DNA of 64,000 nt. Source: an archaeon (GTDB lineage: Archaea; Iainarchaeota; Iainarchaeia; Iainarchaeales; Iainarchaeaceae). Under the pieces are notes generated by a model. The model was not told where the DNA came from. It saw only the letters and a list, made by a program, of their open reading frames with translations, and did not search any database. Below are positions 47,322-57,394 of this stretch, piece after piece (position 1 is the first letter of the stretch; each line of letters starts with the position of its first letter). The stretch lies in NCBI GenBank assembly GCA_035655435.1, contig DASRUN010000023.1, forward strand, positions 29,437 through 93,436, written 5' to 3'. The position numbers and the translations under genes are program-made.

Positions 47322-48842
47322 ATGGAAAAGGAAAAAATTCTAAAGGATTCTGTTCGGAAACTTCTTGAGTTGAACATTACGGATAAGGAAATCGTGGATA
47401 ATTTGAAGAGCGTCGGCGTTAACGAGGAAACCGCGAAAAGAATGCTTTCGGAAGTAAAAACTGAAAGCACTCAAAAACCAAGCGCTCCGGAATCAAATGA
47501 AAGCGAAGAGGATATTTACAGCAAAGTTTATGATGATCTCGAGAAAGAGGACTTGAAAACTCCTGTAATTCAAAAGCAGATAAAAAATCCGAGTTATTCT
47601 TCTTCTTATTCTGCGCCATCTTTTACTCCTGACAAAAATCTTTCGGAATTATGGGAAGCGGGAATTCTTGCTACTGTTGATGCAAAGCTCACGGAAATGG
47701 AGCGTTTGAAAAAGAATATTGATGCTGTTTTGGATGAAAAAATAAAGCAAAGAGTTCAGGTGGAATCAAAGAAAATGGAAACCGTTCTCGAATCACAAAG
47801 AACATTGTTCAACAACAAAGTTGATACGCATTTGGAAGCAAAGGCCGAGGAACTAAAAAAAGTAATTGAGGCGCGCGCCCATCAAATGGAGGATTTGCAT
47901 TCAAAGGTTCAGGAACAGGTTGTCAAGGTTCAGGGAGAGAAAAGGTTTAACCAGGAAATTTTGAACCAAATGACTGACCAGCTTTCTTCTCTTGAAACCG
48001 TGAAAAGCCAAATGATTAGCGATACAAACAAATCTTTGATTCAAAATCAGTCAAAGTTTGAGGAATTCATGGCAGAATCAAAGAAGAAGCGTGATGAAAT
48101 GGAGGCGCGTTTGAACAGGGCTTTGCAATTGGAGTCAAAAGTAACCGAGGGATTGTTAGAGGATGCAAAGCACAGGATTGAGCAGATGCAGCTTGACAAG
48201 GAAAAAGAACTTGCAAAACAGGTTCAGAGAAAGCTTGATGAACTTGATGAAATGACAAGAAAAGTTGATCCCCAAGGAATTATGGAGCGCTTGAGTGCGA
48301 TGAAGGGTTTGGAGCAGGAGCTTGTTTCGAGGCAAAAGCAGATTGATGCGCAAATCGAATCACAATTTAGGGATGTTTCAAAGGAGTTTGAAAAGTACAA
48401 AAAAGATGTTTCAAAAATCGATGCCGGAAATCTTGCCGAACTGGAAAAAGAGTACCGTGCCAATGTTGACGGGCTTTTCTCAAGTGCGCTTGAGTTGTTT
48501 GACAAAAAGTTCAAGAAAAAACTTTCGGAAATCGAGGCAAAGGAAAAGCAGCTTGATTTGGAAAAATTCAATGCAACAATGGAATCCTTGGATTTGTTCA
48601 AAAAGCAGTTTGTTAATACTGTGACAACAAGTGTTGAAGATTATAATAAATCAAAGAAAGAGCTTGCGCAAGCCATTATTGAGAGGGATAAAACAATTAA
48701 TGATTATTTGAAGCGTATTGATGAAAAGATAAAGGAATTGAATGATTTCGAACAGAAGTTCGCAAAAGAAGTTTCCGAACTTATTGATGAGGTTCCGGAG
48801 GAAAAGCTCAAAAAAGCCTCTTTGAAAAAATCGAAGAGTTAA
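47322..48842 (+). CDS. Long coiled-coil protein
   Basis: About 400 aa of E/K/Q/L heptad-rich sequence after a small helical N-terminal domain. Confidence 0.75.
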   Translation: MEKEKILKDSVRKLLELNITDKEIVDNLKSVGVNEETAKRMLSEVKTESTQKPSAPESNESEEDIYSKVYDDLEKEDLKTPVIQKQIKNPSYSSSYSAPSFTPDKNLSELWEAGILATVDAKLTEMERLKKNIDAVLDEKIKQRVQVESKKMETVLESQRTLFNNKVDTHLEAKAEELKKVIEARAHQMEDLHSKVQEQVVKVQGEKRFNQEILNQMTDQLSSLETVKSQMISDTNKSLIQNQSKFEEFMAESKKKRDEMEARLNRALQLESKVTEGLLEDAKHRIEQMQLDKEKELAKQVQRKLDELDEMTRKVDPQGIMERLSAMKGLEQELVSRQKQIDAQIESQFRDVSKEFEKYKKDVSKIDAGNLAELEKEYRANVDGLFSSALELFDKKFKKKLSEIEAKEKQLDLEKFNATMESLDLFKKQFVNTVTTSVEDYNKSKKELAQAIIERDKTINDYLKRIDEKIKELNDFEQKFAKEVSELIDEVPEEKLKKASLKKSKS

Positions 48843-48864
48843 AATACTTCTAATTCTCTTATTT

Positions 48865-50229
48865 TTGCTTATGTATTTTCGTTCTACTAAAATTATTGCC
48901 ACTTTGGGTCCGGCTTGTTCTTCTAAGGCTATTTTAAAAAAAATGGTTGAAAGCGGCGCAAGCGCTTTTCGCATTAATACGGCTCATGGTTCTTTTGCGG
49001 AATATTCTGCTTTAGTTTCAACTGTGAGAAGTGTTTCAAAAGAAATCCCTATTATAGTTGATTTGAAGGGCCCGCAGGTTAGGCTAAAAACAAAGGCTAC
49101 TTTGAAGCTGAATAAAGGTGATGAAATTTCTATTGGTTTTTCTCCAAAAAGCGATTTGTATTTCAGCATGGATTTTTATTCAAGATTAAATCCCGGAATG
49201 AGGGTTTTGTTTGAAGACGGAAAATATGATTCAAAAATAATTGAAAAAAATAATAATAAAATAAAAGTTCGTTTTTCAGCAAATGCGGTTCTTGAAAATA
49301 ATAAAGGGGTTAACATTCCGGGCTCGGATCTAAAACTTCCTTTTCTTTCTCAAAAGGATTTGCAGGTTATAAAATGGGCGAAGAAAAAATCTCTTTCGTT
49401 TTTCGCGCTCTCTTTTGCGCAGAACGCGGAAGATTTGAAAAAATTGAGAAAAAAAGTCGGGAAAAATTCCATTCTGATTGCAAAAATTGAGTCCAAAACA
49501 GGAGTTAAAAATTTTTCGGAAATTCTCAAAGAATGTGAAGGTGTTATGATTGCGCGCGGTGATTTGGGTGCGGAGGTTTCTCCTGAATCAATTCCTTTGC
49601 TTCAAAAGGTTTTGGTGAAAGAAGCGGTTAATTCCGGAAAGTTTTCTATTGTAGCAACACAAATGCTTGAATCAATGATTAAAAATCGTTATCCCACGCG
49701 TGCGGAAGTGAGTGATATTGCAAATTCGGTTTTGGATGGTGCTGATTGTTTGATGCTTTCCGGAGAAACTTCTATTGGTGTTGATCCTGTTGGCGCGGTT
49801 CATGAAATGAGAAGTGCTTGTGAAGCCGTTGAACAAGAGGTTCCCAATTTGGTTCAAATGGATTTCCAAAATCATGTTAGTGATTCCGTAACAAAAAGCG
49901 TTTACCAGCTAACAAATTATTTGCATGTTAATGCAATTGTTGCTTATAGCAGATCAGGCTTTACCGCGCAGATGATTTCAAGATTCAGAACAAAAGTTCC
50001 TATCATTGGTTTGTGTTGGAGCACTCTTACTTACAAATTGCTTTTGCTTCATTTCGGTGTTTTTCCCTTGCTTATTTCAAAAACCCATGGTGTTAGTTCA
50101 AAGCAGTCTTTGAACCTTGTGAAGAAGAAGTTCAATTTCAAAAAAGGCGATACTGTAATAATAACCGGAAACATTCATTCTCTGCAGAAGCAGCATTCTA
50201 ATTTAATAGAAGTGCAAAAGTTTGCTTAA
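48865..50229 (+). CDS. pyk: Pyruvate kinase
   Basis: TKIIATLGP, DLKGPQVR, IAKIE, MIARGDLG, ATQMLESM, PTRAEVSD, MLSGET. Confidence 0.96.
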   Translation: MLMYFRSTKIIATLGPACSSKAILKKMVESGASAFRINTAHGSFAEYSALVSTVRSVSKEIPIIVDLKGPQVRLKTKATLKLNKGDEISIGFSPKSDLYFSMDFYSRLNPGMRVLFEDGKYDSKIIEKNNNKIKVRFSANAVLENNKGVNIPGSDLKLPFLSQKDLQVIKWAKKKSLSFFALSFAQNAEDLKKLRKKVGKNSILIAKIESKTGVKNFSEILKECEGVMIARGDLGAEVSPESIPLLQKVLVKEAVNSGKFSIVATQMLESMIKNRYPTRAEVSDIANSVLDGADCLMLSGETSIGVDPVGAVHEMRSACEAVEQEVPNLVQMDFQNHVSDSVTKSVYQLTNYLHVNAIVAYSRSGFTAQMISRFRTKVPIIGLCWSTLTYKLLLLHFGVFPLLISKTHGVSSKQSLNLVKKKFNFKKGDTVIITGNIHSLQKQHSNLIEVQKFA

Positions 50230-50691
50230 CTAGTTTCTTCTTACTTGCCTTGCTATTTCCGAAACAAGTTGCTTTGTAACTCCATGTTTCTTTGCTAAAC
50301 CTGCGTAAAAACCTCTTGGAATTGTTCCCGTATTCCATTGTGCTATTATATCAATAATTATCTGGCCTGTTTTTCCTCTGGCGGGAGACTTATCTATCCT
50401 TTCAGTATCTCCTTTTTCAGCATATTGTACTCCGGTTCTCCTTCTTTCCGTTTTTAGTTCTTTCAAACCAACGTTTGATTTTTCAGCTATCTTTCGAAGC
50501 GAACTTTTTCTGTTTACATATGATCTGATGGCAGCAACAGTCCTTTCGTCCAATGTTCCCGATTCCCGAATTTCTCTCGCTGTTACATTGAGCAAAGCTG
50601 CATCATTTTCTATGTTCCTATTCCCATCCCTTTCTTGTAATCTATAACCAACTCTTGCTCTGAAAGTTTTTCCCGGGTGTTGGTTTTTCAT
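50230..50691 (-). CDS. Basic orphan with C-terminal HTH-like segment
   Basis: LAKKHGVTKQLVSEI; TTAAAATA about 25 nt upstream. Confidence 0.55.
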   Translation of the reverse strand: MKNQHPGKTFRARVGYRLQERDGNRNIENDAALLNVTAREIRESGTLDERTVAAIRSYVNRKSSLRKIAEKSNVGLKELKTERRRTGVQYAEKGDTERIDKSPARGKTGQIIIDIIAQWNTGTIPRGFYAGLAKKHGVTKQLVSEIARQVRRN

Positions 50692-50775
50692 GATATAAAA
50701 GGGGTTTTATTCTATTTTAATGTTTTCAAGGTACAGAACTATAACTTTGGTTTATTCAAAAAAAGTAGAAATATT

Positions 50776-50847
50776 TGGCCCTAGGCAGAATTGAACTGCC
50801 TTCTTGACCATGTCGAGGTCACGTCATAACCAGTAGACCATAGGGCC
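50776..50847 (-). tRNA. tRNA-Val(GAC)
   Basis: Acceptor GGCCCTA/TAGGGCC; anticodon arm TGACC-TCGACAT-GGTCA; T arm GGCAG-TTCAATT-CTGCC. Confidence 0.9.
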
Positions 50848-50928
50848 CCTAAACCAATAAGGCAAGGTAAGATTCTCGTATTCAGGAAAATATTTTAAGG
50901 TATCTTTGGCATACAGAAACCGGTTATT

Positions 50929-51966
50929 TCACATTCCCTTTGTCTCAACACAAGTCAACGAATTCTTTTTCTTCAAACTTTTTGATTCGGTTTGAACTAT
51001 TTTGCTTACATTGGTGATTCTTTCCAATTGTGAACAAACAGAACATATTTCGGCGTTTGCAAGGTTCCCACATTTTTTGCAGTGCATTGTTTCGGAAGCA
51101 TTTTCTTTTTGGTGTTGCTGTAATAATGGTTTCAAATTTCTGAATGAAGCAAGTATTGAGTATTTCGATCCTGGAATCGAATCCTCTAATTCGTTGAGCA
51201 TTTTCCTATATTGGTTTCTCATTGCCATCCAGGAATAAGGACAGCATTCTTCCGAGTAATGTTCTATTCCATTGAATGCTGCGTAAGCAATAATTTCTTT
51301 TTCGGGCGTATCATAAAGTGGTTTTATGCGCGGAACAAATTCTTCGTATTTGCGCCATCCTGCGTCTTCTCCCAAGCGGGCCAATCTCGCAAAATCGTTT
51401 CTAAATAAACTCATTGCAATTGATTGAACCTCATCATCCAAATTATGTCCTGTTGCCAATTTATCTGCGTTAATTGCTTTTGCTTTCATATTCAAAAAGT
51501 GTCTTCTGAACACTCCGCAGAATGAACAAGTCGATCCTAGCTTTTCGTCTTCGTGGATTTTTTTCATTACATCCGTCATTTCTATTCCGAATTCGCTTTT
51601 GAATGAAACAGTGTGAAATGGAATTTGATTTTGTTCGCAATAATCAATTCCGATTTGCATTGATCTGTCTCTATAACCTTTAATTCCTTCATCAATCAAA
51701 ATTGCTTCTAGCTTAATCCTATTTCCGAAGATTTTGTGCAATAAATAAAGCGTAACCATTGAATCTTTTCCGCCGGAAACTCCGACAGCAACTCTCTCGT
51801 TGTATTTGATCAATTTGTTCGTGCGAATATTTTTGCGAACGCGGTTTTCAAAAAAAGTATTAAAGTGTTCAACACAAAAGCGATGCGGACCGTAAGGAAT
51901 TCGAATCTTTGCCTCTTTTTCGCAGAGGTCGCATTTTTCCATTGCTTTGATTTTCAATTCTGCCAT
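50929..51966 (-). CDS. tRNA 2-thiolation protein (TtuA/Ncs6 family)
   Basis: SGGKDS PP-loop, CSFCGVFRR, TGHNLDDE, terminal Zn fingers. Confidence 0.9.
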   Translation of the reverse strand: MAELKIKAMEKCDLCEKEAKIRIPYGPHRFCVEHFNTFFENRVRKNIRTNKLIKYNERVAVGVSGGKDSMVTLYLLHKIFGNRIKLEAILIDEGIKGYRDRSMQIGIDYCEQNQIPFHTVSFKSEFGIEMTDVMKKIHEDEKLGSTCSFCGVFRRHFLNMKAKAINADKLATGHNLDDEVQSIAMSLFRNDFARLARLGEDAGWRKYEEFVPRIKPLYDTPEKEIIAYAAFNGIEHYSEECCPYSWMAMRNQYRKMLNELEDSIPGSKYSILASFRNLKPLLQQHQKENASETMHCKKCGNLANAEICSVCSQLERITNVSKIVQTESKSLKKKNSLTCVETKGM

Positions 51967-51989
51967 TCAGTATTTTGGTTGGGAAAATG

Positions 51990-52193
51990 TTAAATACCAA
52001 TTTCCTTGACTCTTGTTACTTTAAGCGGTTCGTTTGAGTTTGAGATTTTTTTGTATAATACTCCGCCTACTCTAATGGTTGTTCCTTTTCGAGAGGTAGC
52101 TAATCGGTTTCTTGCCACTACATCCCGTCTTATGCTGCTGAAACTTCTTATCCCTGGTTTTTCCGATTTCAGGTTTGTCCTTGGTCTTGTCAT
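51990..52193 (-). CDS. Small basic orphan protein
   Basis: 67-aa ORF; TTTAAATA about 30 nt upstream. Confidence 0.45.
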   Translation of the reverse strand: MTRPRTNLKSEKPGIRSFSSIRRDVVARNRLATSRKGTTIRVGGVLYKKISNSNEPLKVTRVKEIGI

Positions 52194-52310
52194 CAGAATT
52201 TCCTTATTGTTTGCAGAGTTATTTAAAGTTTTCAGTACTTAAAGTTACCTTTATATTCCTTAGCCCATAGATTATATTTTCTAATAACCCTTATTTTGAA
52301 CGGTTTTTTT

Positions 52311-52916
52311 ATGAGTTTATCAAAGCAGATTAAGGCAACTTTGCAGAATGAGCGCAAAGGAACAAAGAGCAAAGATTACAAGTACGCTGAATTGTTCAGA
52401 AAAAACGTTCTTGAACAAAGACAGCTTGATGCGGCCGTTATTAGGATTGAAAAACCCTCTAACCTTCCAAGGGCGCATGCGCTTGGTTACAAGGCAAAAC
52501 AGGGTTATGTTATTGCTCTTACAAGAGTTAGGAAAGGTTCGGGTTTGCATAGGAGACCTGCAAGAGGAAGACGCCCTAAGAGAATGGGTGTCAAAAAGCT
52601 TACGCGAAGGACAGGCAGAAAGGCAATGGGTGAAAGAAAGGCCGGGCAAAAGTTCCCTAACTGTGAGGTTTTGAATTCTTATTGGGTTGGCGAAGACGGT
52701 AAATCCACTTATTACGAGGTTATTTTGGCTGATACTGCTTCTATGACTGTGAGAAGCGATAAAGAAAGGAATTGGGTTGTTTTCAACAAGCACACTAATA
52801 GGGCTGAAAGAGGCCTTACAAGTGCCGGCAGAAAATCAAGAGGTCTTCATAAGAAAGGAAGGGGTGCAGAAAAAATCAGGCCAAGCAACCGCGCAAAGGG
52901 AAGAAAAGCGAAGTAA
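52311..52916 (+). CDS. rpl15e: 50S ribosomal protein L15e
   Basis: LGYKAKQG, EVLNSYWVGEDG, RGLTSAGRKSRGL. Confidence 0.96.
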   Translation: MSLSKQIKATLQNERKGTKSKDYKYAELFRKNVLEQRQLDAAVIRIEKPSNLPRAHALGYKAKQGYVIALTRVRKGSGLHRRPARGRRPKRMGVKKLTRRTGRKAMGERKAGQKFPNCEVLNSYWVGEDGKSTYYEVILADTASMTVRSDKERNWVVFNKHTNRAERGLTSAGRKSRGLHKKGRGAEKIRPSNRAKGRKAK

Positions 52917-52946
52917 CTTTAACCATTTTCTTCACTAATTTTCACC

Positions 52947-53567
52947 ATGAACCTAAACCTAATCCGCCATTCCTCCCTCGAAGAGGCTCTATCACTTGCT
53001 CCGAAGTTCAAAGATAATGCTTTGATTGTGTGCAAGGATTTTGCGGAGCAGGAGCTCAAGGATTTCAACAAACTAAAAAGAAAGAATAATGTTGAAATTT
53101 TTTCTTGCAAAATTTTTCAAAAAAAAGATCAGAACGCGCTGCAGAAATTCAAAAAGATTTGTGATTTTACGGCGGTTCAAGGCGGTTCCGTGGAAATGCA
53201 TTCTTGGGCGTGTTCGCAGAAAATAGATTTGCTCATTGATCCTTTCAATGCGGAAAAAAATTGCATTGATCTCGCAACCTGCAATGTTCTGCGCGAAAAC
53301 AATACTTTTGTGTGCTTTACATTTTCCGCTTTTTTGCAGGCACGCGGTTTTAGGCAAACACAATTGTTGAAAAACGCTTCTCTTGCCCTTGGATTATTGG
53401 AGAAAGCAAAAACCCCGGTTCTTTTTGTTAGCGGTGCAATGAAAAAAGAGGAATTGCGCGCGGCGAAGGATCTTTCCTCTTTCGGAGTTTTTTTGGGGAT
53501 GAAAAAAAACAATGCAATTGATTGTGTTAAAAGAAACCCTGAATTATTTTTGGAGAGATTGAAATGA
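52947..53567 (+). CDS. RNase P protein Rpp30-like, divergent
   Basis: Follows rpl15e in the superoperon; C-terminal SGA...LRAAKDL..FG..LGM. Confidence 0.7.
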   Translation: MNLNLIRHSSLEEALSLAPKFKDNALIVCKDFAEQELKDFNKLKRKNNVEIFSCKIFQKKDQNALQKFKKICDFTAVQGGSVEMHSWACSQKIDLLIDPFNAEKNCIDLATCNVLRENNTFVCFTFSAFLQARGFRQTQLLKNASLALGLLEKAKTPVLFVSGAMKKEELRAAKDLSSFGVFLGMKKNNAIDCVKRNPELFLERLK

Positions 53568-54124
53568 AAAAAGTGAAAAAAGTGAAAATCCCTTCTTTGA
53601 AGCAATGCGAGAAATTGATTGCGGCTTATGAAATGCCTGTTCAGATAAGAAAGCATTCCGAGGCTGTGAGAAGGATTGCGAACGAGCTCGCGGAAAAGAT
53701 TTCGAAAAATAAAACAAAAATTGATTTGGATTTAGTTGATAGGGCTTCTTTGATGCATGATTTTTTGAAAATGCATTGCATAAAAAACAAGTGCAGGCAC
53801 GCGGAAGAAGCGGGGAATGTTCTCTCGCAAAAAGGTTTTCCGGAGTTCGGAAAAATTGTAAAATTACATGGTTTGGACGAGGTTAATTCTTTTGATGCAA
53901 AAACCTCGATTGAAGCAAAAGTTGTTTGGTACGCCGACAAAAGAGTTTCGCATGATTCGGTTGTTACAATGGAAGAACGTTATGAATATTTCAGGAGTAA
54001 GTACGGTTCCGTGAGTGAAAAAAGGATGCGTGAAATAAATTCAACTTGGAAAAATGCTTTGAAAATAGAACAGGGATTGTTGGAATTGGCCGGAATGGAT
54101 AATGATTATTTGTTTGGTGATTGA
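53564..54124 (+). CDS. HD-domain phosphohydrolase
   Basis: KHSEAV, LMHDFLK, HAEEA, WYADKR. Confidence 0.85.
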   Translation: MKKVKKVKIPSLKQCEKLIAAYEMPVQIRKHSEAVRRIANELAEKISKNKTKIDLDLVDRASLMHDFLKMHCIKNKCRHAEEAGNVLSQKGFPEFGKIVKLHGLDEVNSFDAKTSIEAKVVWYADKRVSHDSVVTMEERYEYFRSKYGSVSEKRMREINSTWKNALKIEQGLLELAGMDNDYLFGD

Positions 54125-54125
54125 A

Positions 54126-54470
54126 ATGACTGAGAAAAAGAAATCTTTGAAACCTATTCCTCCAACTTTGAGGGGAAAAAAGCGTTACGTGAAATTTGAA
54201 TTTGTTTCCAAAAGTTCTTTGAATGAGAATGATGTGAAAAGAACAATTTGGAATGTGTTCCAAAACATTTTCGGAGAAAGAGGAATCGCGGATCAGAAGC
54301 TCTGGCTCATTAAATGGTCTCAAAACAACAATACCGGCATTTTGCGCTGCAACCTGAAAGAAGAGGAGAATGTGAAAGCCGGCCTGCTTTTCATTCAAAC
54401 CATTGCAAATGAACCGGTTTTGCCTGTAATCCTGAGTGTTTCGGGTTCTTTGAAAAAGTTGAAAGATTGA
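54126..54470 (+). CDS. pop5: RNase P protein Pop5
   Basis: PPTLRGKKRY, FGERG, GILRC, VSGSLKK. Confidence 0.9.
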   Translation: MTEKKKSLKPIPPTLRGKKRYVKFEFVSKSSLNENDVKRTIWNVFQNIFGERGIADQKLWLIKWSQNNNTGILRCNLKEEENVKAGLLFIQTIANEPVLPVILSVSGSLKKLKD

Positions 54471-54527
54471 AGGTGCCTTTTTATAATTAACTGATTAAGA
54501 ATAGTAGTATATAAAGAGGGATTTTTT

Positions 54528-55256
54528 TTGTACCCAACTTCTCAACCGGCAAACTACGATAGGGCAGCAACAATGTTTAGTCCTGACGGCAGATTATATC
54601 AGGTTGAGTACGCTTCCAAAATCGTTTCTCAAGGAACTATGGGGGTTGCGTGCAAGTACAATCAGGGTGTTTTGTTCGGTGCTTACAAGAAAATAACCTC
54701 AAAATTGCTTATTCCGGGCTCGGTTGAAAAGATTTTTGCCATAGATGATCACATTGTGGCGGTTTCAGCCGGTTTGGTTGGAGATGCAAGAAGGTTAGTG
54801 GGGATTGCAAGGCAGAAGGCACAGGAAAACAGGGTTTATTACGAGGAAGCAATTCAAACGGAAAACCTTGCAAAGGAAGTTTCAAATTTAATGCAATTAT
54901 ACACCCAATATGGGGGCATGAGGCCGTTTGGAGTTTCCTTCATTATAGGGGGAGTTGACAATACGGGCAAAAGATTGTTCGAAACCGAACCTTCCGGCGC
55001 ATTGGCTGAGTATCATGCTATTGCAGTTGGAAAGAACAGGAACAAGGCAATGGAAATTTTCGAAAAAGATTGGAAAGAAAACATGAACAAAGAGGCTTCT
55101 GTGAGACTTTTGGCTAAAGCTCTCGAACATAGTTTGGAAGATAAGGAGAAAATGGATAACAGTAAATTAGAATTTATGTTTGTTGAAAATGAGAACCGAA
55201 AATTCACGCCAATTTCTCAGGACGAATTAAAGAGTTACTTGTCAAAATCAAATTAA
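54528..55256 (+). CDS. psmA: Proteasome subunit alpha
   Basis: YDRAATMFSPDGRLYQVEYA, RPFGVS. Confidence 0.96.
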   Translation: MYPTSQPANYDRAATMFSPDGRLYQVEYASKIVSQGTMGVACKYNQGVLFGAYKKITSKLLIPGSVEKIFAIDDHIVAVSAGLVGDARRLVGIARQKAQENRVYYEEAIQTENLAKEVSNLMQLYTQYGGMRPFGVSFIIGGVDNTGKRLFETEPSGALAEYHAIAVGKNRNKAMEIFEKDWKENMNKEASVRLLAKALEHSLEDKEKMDNSKLEFMFVENENRKFTPISQDELKSYLSKSN

Positions 55257-55276
55257 ATTTACAAAGGAAATTTTGA

Positions 55277-55978
55277 ATGGTTAGAACGGAAGATGCCGTC
55301 ATAGCACGGTTGGAACATTCGGGAGAAAAGTTCGAGATTCTCGTAGACCCTGACCTAGCCATGGATTTTAAACACGGAAAAAACGTGAACATAGATGATA
55401 TGCTGGCCGTTGACATTATTTTCAAGGACGCAAAAAAGGGAGAGGAAAAAGGGGAAGATTCGCTGCAAAAAGTTTTCGGCACAAAAAGCGCAATTGAGAT
55501 AGCAAAGAGAATAATTATAGAGGGAGAAGTGCAGTTAACAACCGAGCAAAGAAGGGGCATTGTTGAAAAAAAGAGAAAGGAGATAATTAATTTTATTACA
55601 ACCAATGCAATCAATCCGCAAACCAATGCTCCGCATCCCACACAGAGAATTGAGAATGCTTTGACTGAATTGAAATTTAATATTGACATTAACAAACCCA
55701 ACAAGGAAATTATAGCGGATTTGATAAAGCAGTTAAGAAAATTGTTGCCGATTTCGCTTGAAAATTTGAGAATAGCAGTTAAGGTTCCGGCTTTGCATGC
55801 GGGGAAAGCTTCTCCGATTTTGCACAAGTACACTCTCATAAAAGAGGAGTGGCAGAATAATGGTTCTTTGATAGCGGTTCTTGAAATTCCCGCGGGTTTG
55901 AAGCAGGGGCTTTTCAACGAGCTCAACCATCTGACGCATGGGGACGTTGAAACAAAGATTCTTGATAAAAAGGAGTGA
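55277..55978 (+). CDS. Ribosome maturation protein SBDS/Sdo1
   Basis: FEILVDP, VQLTTEQRR, NPQTNAPHP. Confidence 0.95.
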   Translation: MVRTEDAVIARLEHSGEKFEILVDPDLAMDFKHGKNVNIDDMLAVDIIFKDAKKGEEKGEDSLQKVFGTKSAIEIAKRIIIEGEVQLTTEQRRGIVEKKRKEIINFITTNAINPQTNAPHPTQRIENALTELKFNIDINKPNKEIIADLIKQLRKLLPISLENLRIAVKVPALHAGKASPILHKYTLIKEEWQNNGSLIAVLEIPAGLKQGLFNELNHLTHGDVETKILDKKE

Positions 55979-55984
55979 TGTGAA

Positions 55985-56653
55985 ATGACAAAAAGAATAG
56001 TTATTCCGGGAGAACTGGTAACCGAGGAGAGAAAAAAATTGGGTTCGCATGTTTTTGTGAGCGAGGGAAAAATTTATTCCGATTCAATGGGTTTAGTGAA
56101 TGATGAGGCTGATTTTGCTTCTGTTGTTCCGCTTGAAGGAAAGTACATGCCTGAACAAGGAGACCTTATTATCGGAGTTATTGGAGACGAAAAATTTTCG
56201 GTTTACATGGTGGATGTGAATAGTTTCTATCAAACCGCGATTTCGAAAAAAGAATTGAGGGAAATGTTAAAACCCGGCGCGGTTATTTCCGCAAAGGTTT
56301 CAAGAGTTAACGAACTCAATGAAGTTGATTTGGAAAATCCTAGGGCGTTTTTCGGCGGAGAAATTATAGAACTTTCTCCCGTAAAAATTCCTCGCTTTAT
56401 TGGAAGAGAAGCTTCAATGCTTAATTTGATAAAAGATTGGACAAAATCAAATATTGTTGTCGGAAGAAACGGCAGAATTTGGGCTAAGGGCGGAGACACT
56501 GATTTGTTGAAAAAGGCAGTGAAAAAAATTGATAAAGAAGCTCACATGGAAAATTTGACGAATAGGATGGAAGAGTTTTTGGAAAAAAACGCTCCTAAGA
56601 ATGGTGTTAAAAAAGAAGTAATGGAAGAAGACATGGAAGAAGGTGAAAACTAA
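55985..56653 (+). CDS. rrp4: Exosome RNA-binding protein Rrp4
   Basis: VIPGE, VPLEGKYMP..GD, VGRNGRIW. Confidence 0.92.
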   Translation: MTKRIVIPGELVTEERKKLGSHVFVSEGKIYSDSMGLVNDEADFASVVPLEGKYMPEQGDLIIGVIGDEKFSVYMVDVNSFYQTAISKKELREMLKPGAVISAKVSRVNELNEVDLENPRAFFGGEIIELSPVKIPRFIGREASMLNLIKDWTKSNIVVGRNGRIWAKGGDTDLLKKAVKKIDKEAHMENLTNRMEEFLEKNAPKNGVKKEVMEEDMEEGEN

Positions 56654-57394
56654 ATGGGTAAAAAAGTTCAGGAAATAACCTACGTTGATTCAAAAGGAAA
56701 ACGTTTGGACGGAAGAAAAGTTGATGAGTTAAGGCCGATAAAAATTAAGGTTGGCGTAATTCCAAGGGCTGATGGTTCGGCTTATTTGGAGTGGGGACAG
56801 AATAAAGTTTATGCTTCTGTTCACGGTCCGAGAGAATGCTTGCCAAAGCATACTGCTAACCCTTACAAAGCGGTTGTGAAATTCAATTATAGGATGGCGT
56901 CTTTCAGTGTTCCTGATAGAAAAAATCCTAAGCCCGGGAGAAGGGAAATTGAAATCAGCAAGGTTTCCGGAGAAGCGCTTGAAAGAGCAATTTTTTTGGA
57001 GAAATTTCCAAACACTCAGATTGATGTGAATGTTGAAATAGTTGATAGTAATGCCGGAAGCAGAATTGCGGCTTTGACAGCAGCTTCTGTTGCATGCGCT
57101 GATGCCGGTCTTCCTATGAGGGACATGGTTTGCGGTACAGGAGTTGGAAGAGCCGGGGGAAAAATAATTGTCGACCTCACTAAGGATGAGGAAGATGCTC
57201 CGGACGCGGTTGATATTCCGATCGCAATTTTGCCGAATTCAAAAGAAATAGTTCTTTTGCAACTTGACGGTGTAATGCCGAAGAAAGAATGGGAAAAAGC
57301 CTATGAAATGGCCGTTGATGCATCCATGAAAGTTTATGAGGTGCAGAAGCAAGCGTTGAAGGACAAGTATTTGAACGGAGATGATAAGAAATGA
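56654..57394 (+). CDS. rrp41: Exosome exonuclease Rrp41
   Basis: RLDGRK..ELRP, ADGSAY, RREIEIS, AGSR. Confidence 0.95.
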   Translation: MGKKVQEITYVDSKGKRLDGRKVDELRPIKIKVGVIPRADGSAYLEWGQNKVYASVHGPRECLPKHTANPYKAVVKFNYRMASFSVPDRKNPKPGRREIEISKVSGEALERAIFLEKFPNTQIDVNVEIVDSNAGSRIAALTAASVACADAGLPMRDMVCGTGVGRAGGKIIVDLTKDEEDAPDAVDIPIAILPNSKEIVLLQLDGVMPKKEWEKAYEMAVDASMKVYEVQKQALKDKYLNGDDKK

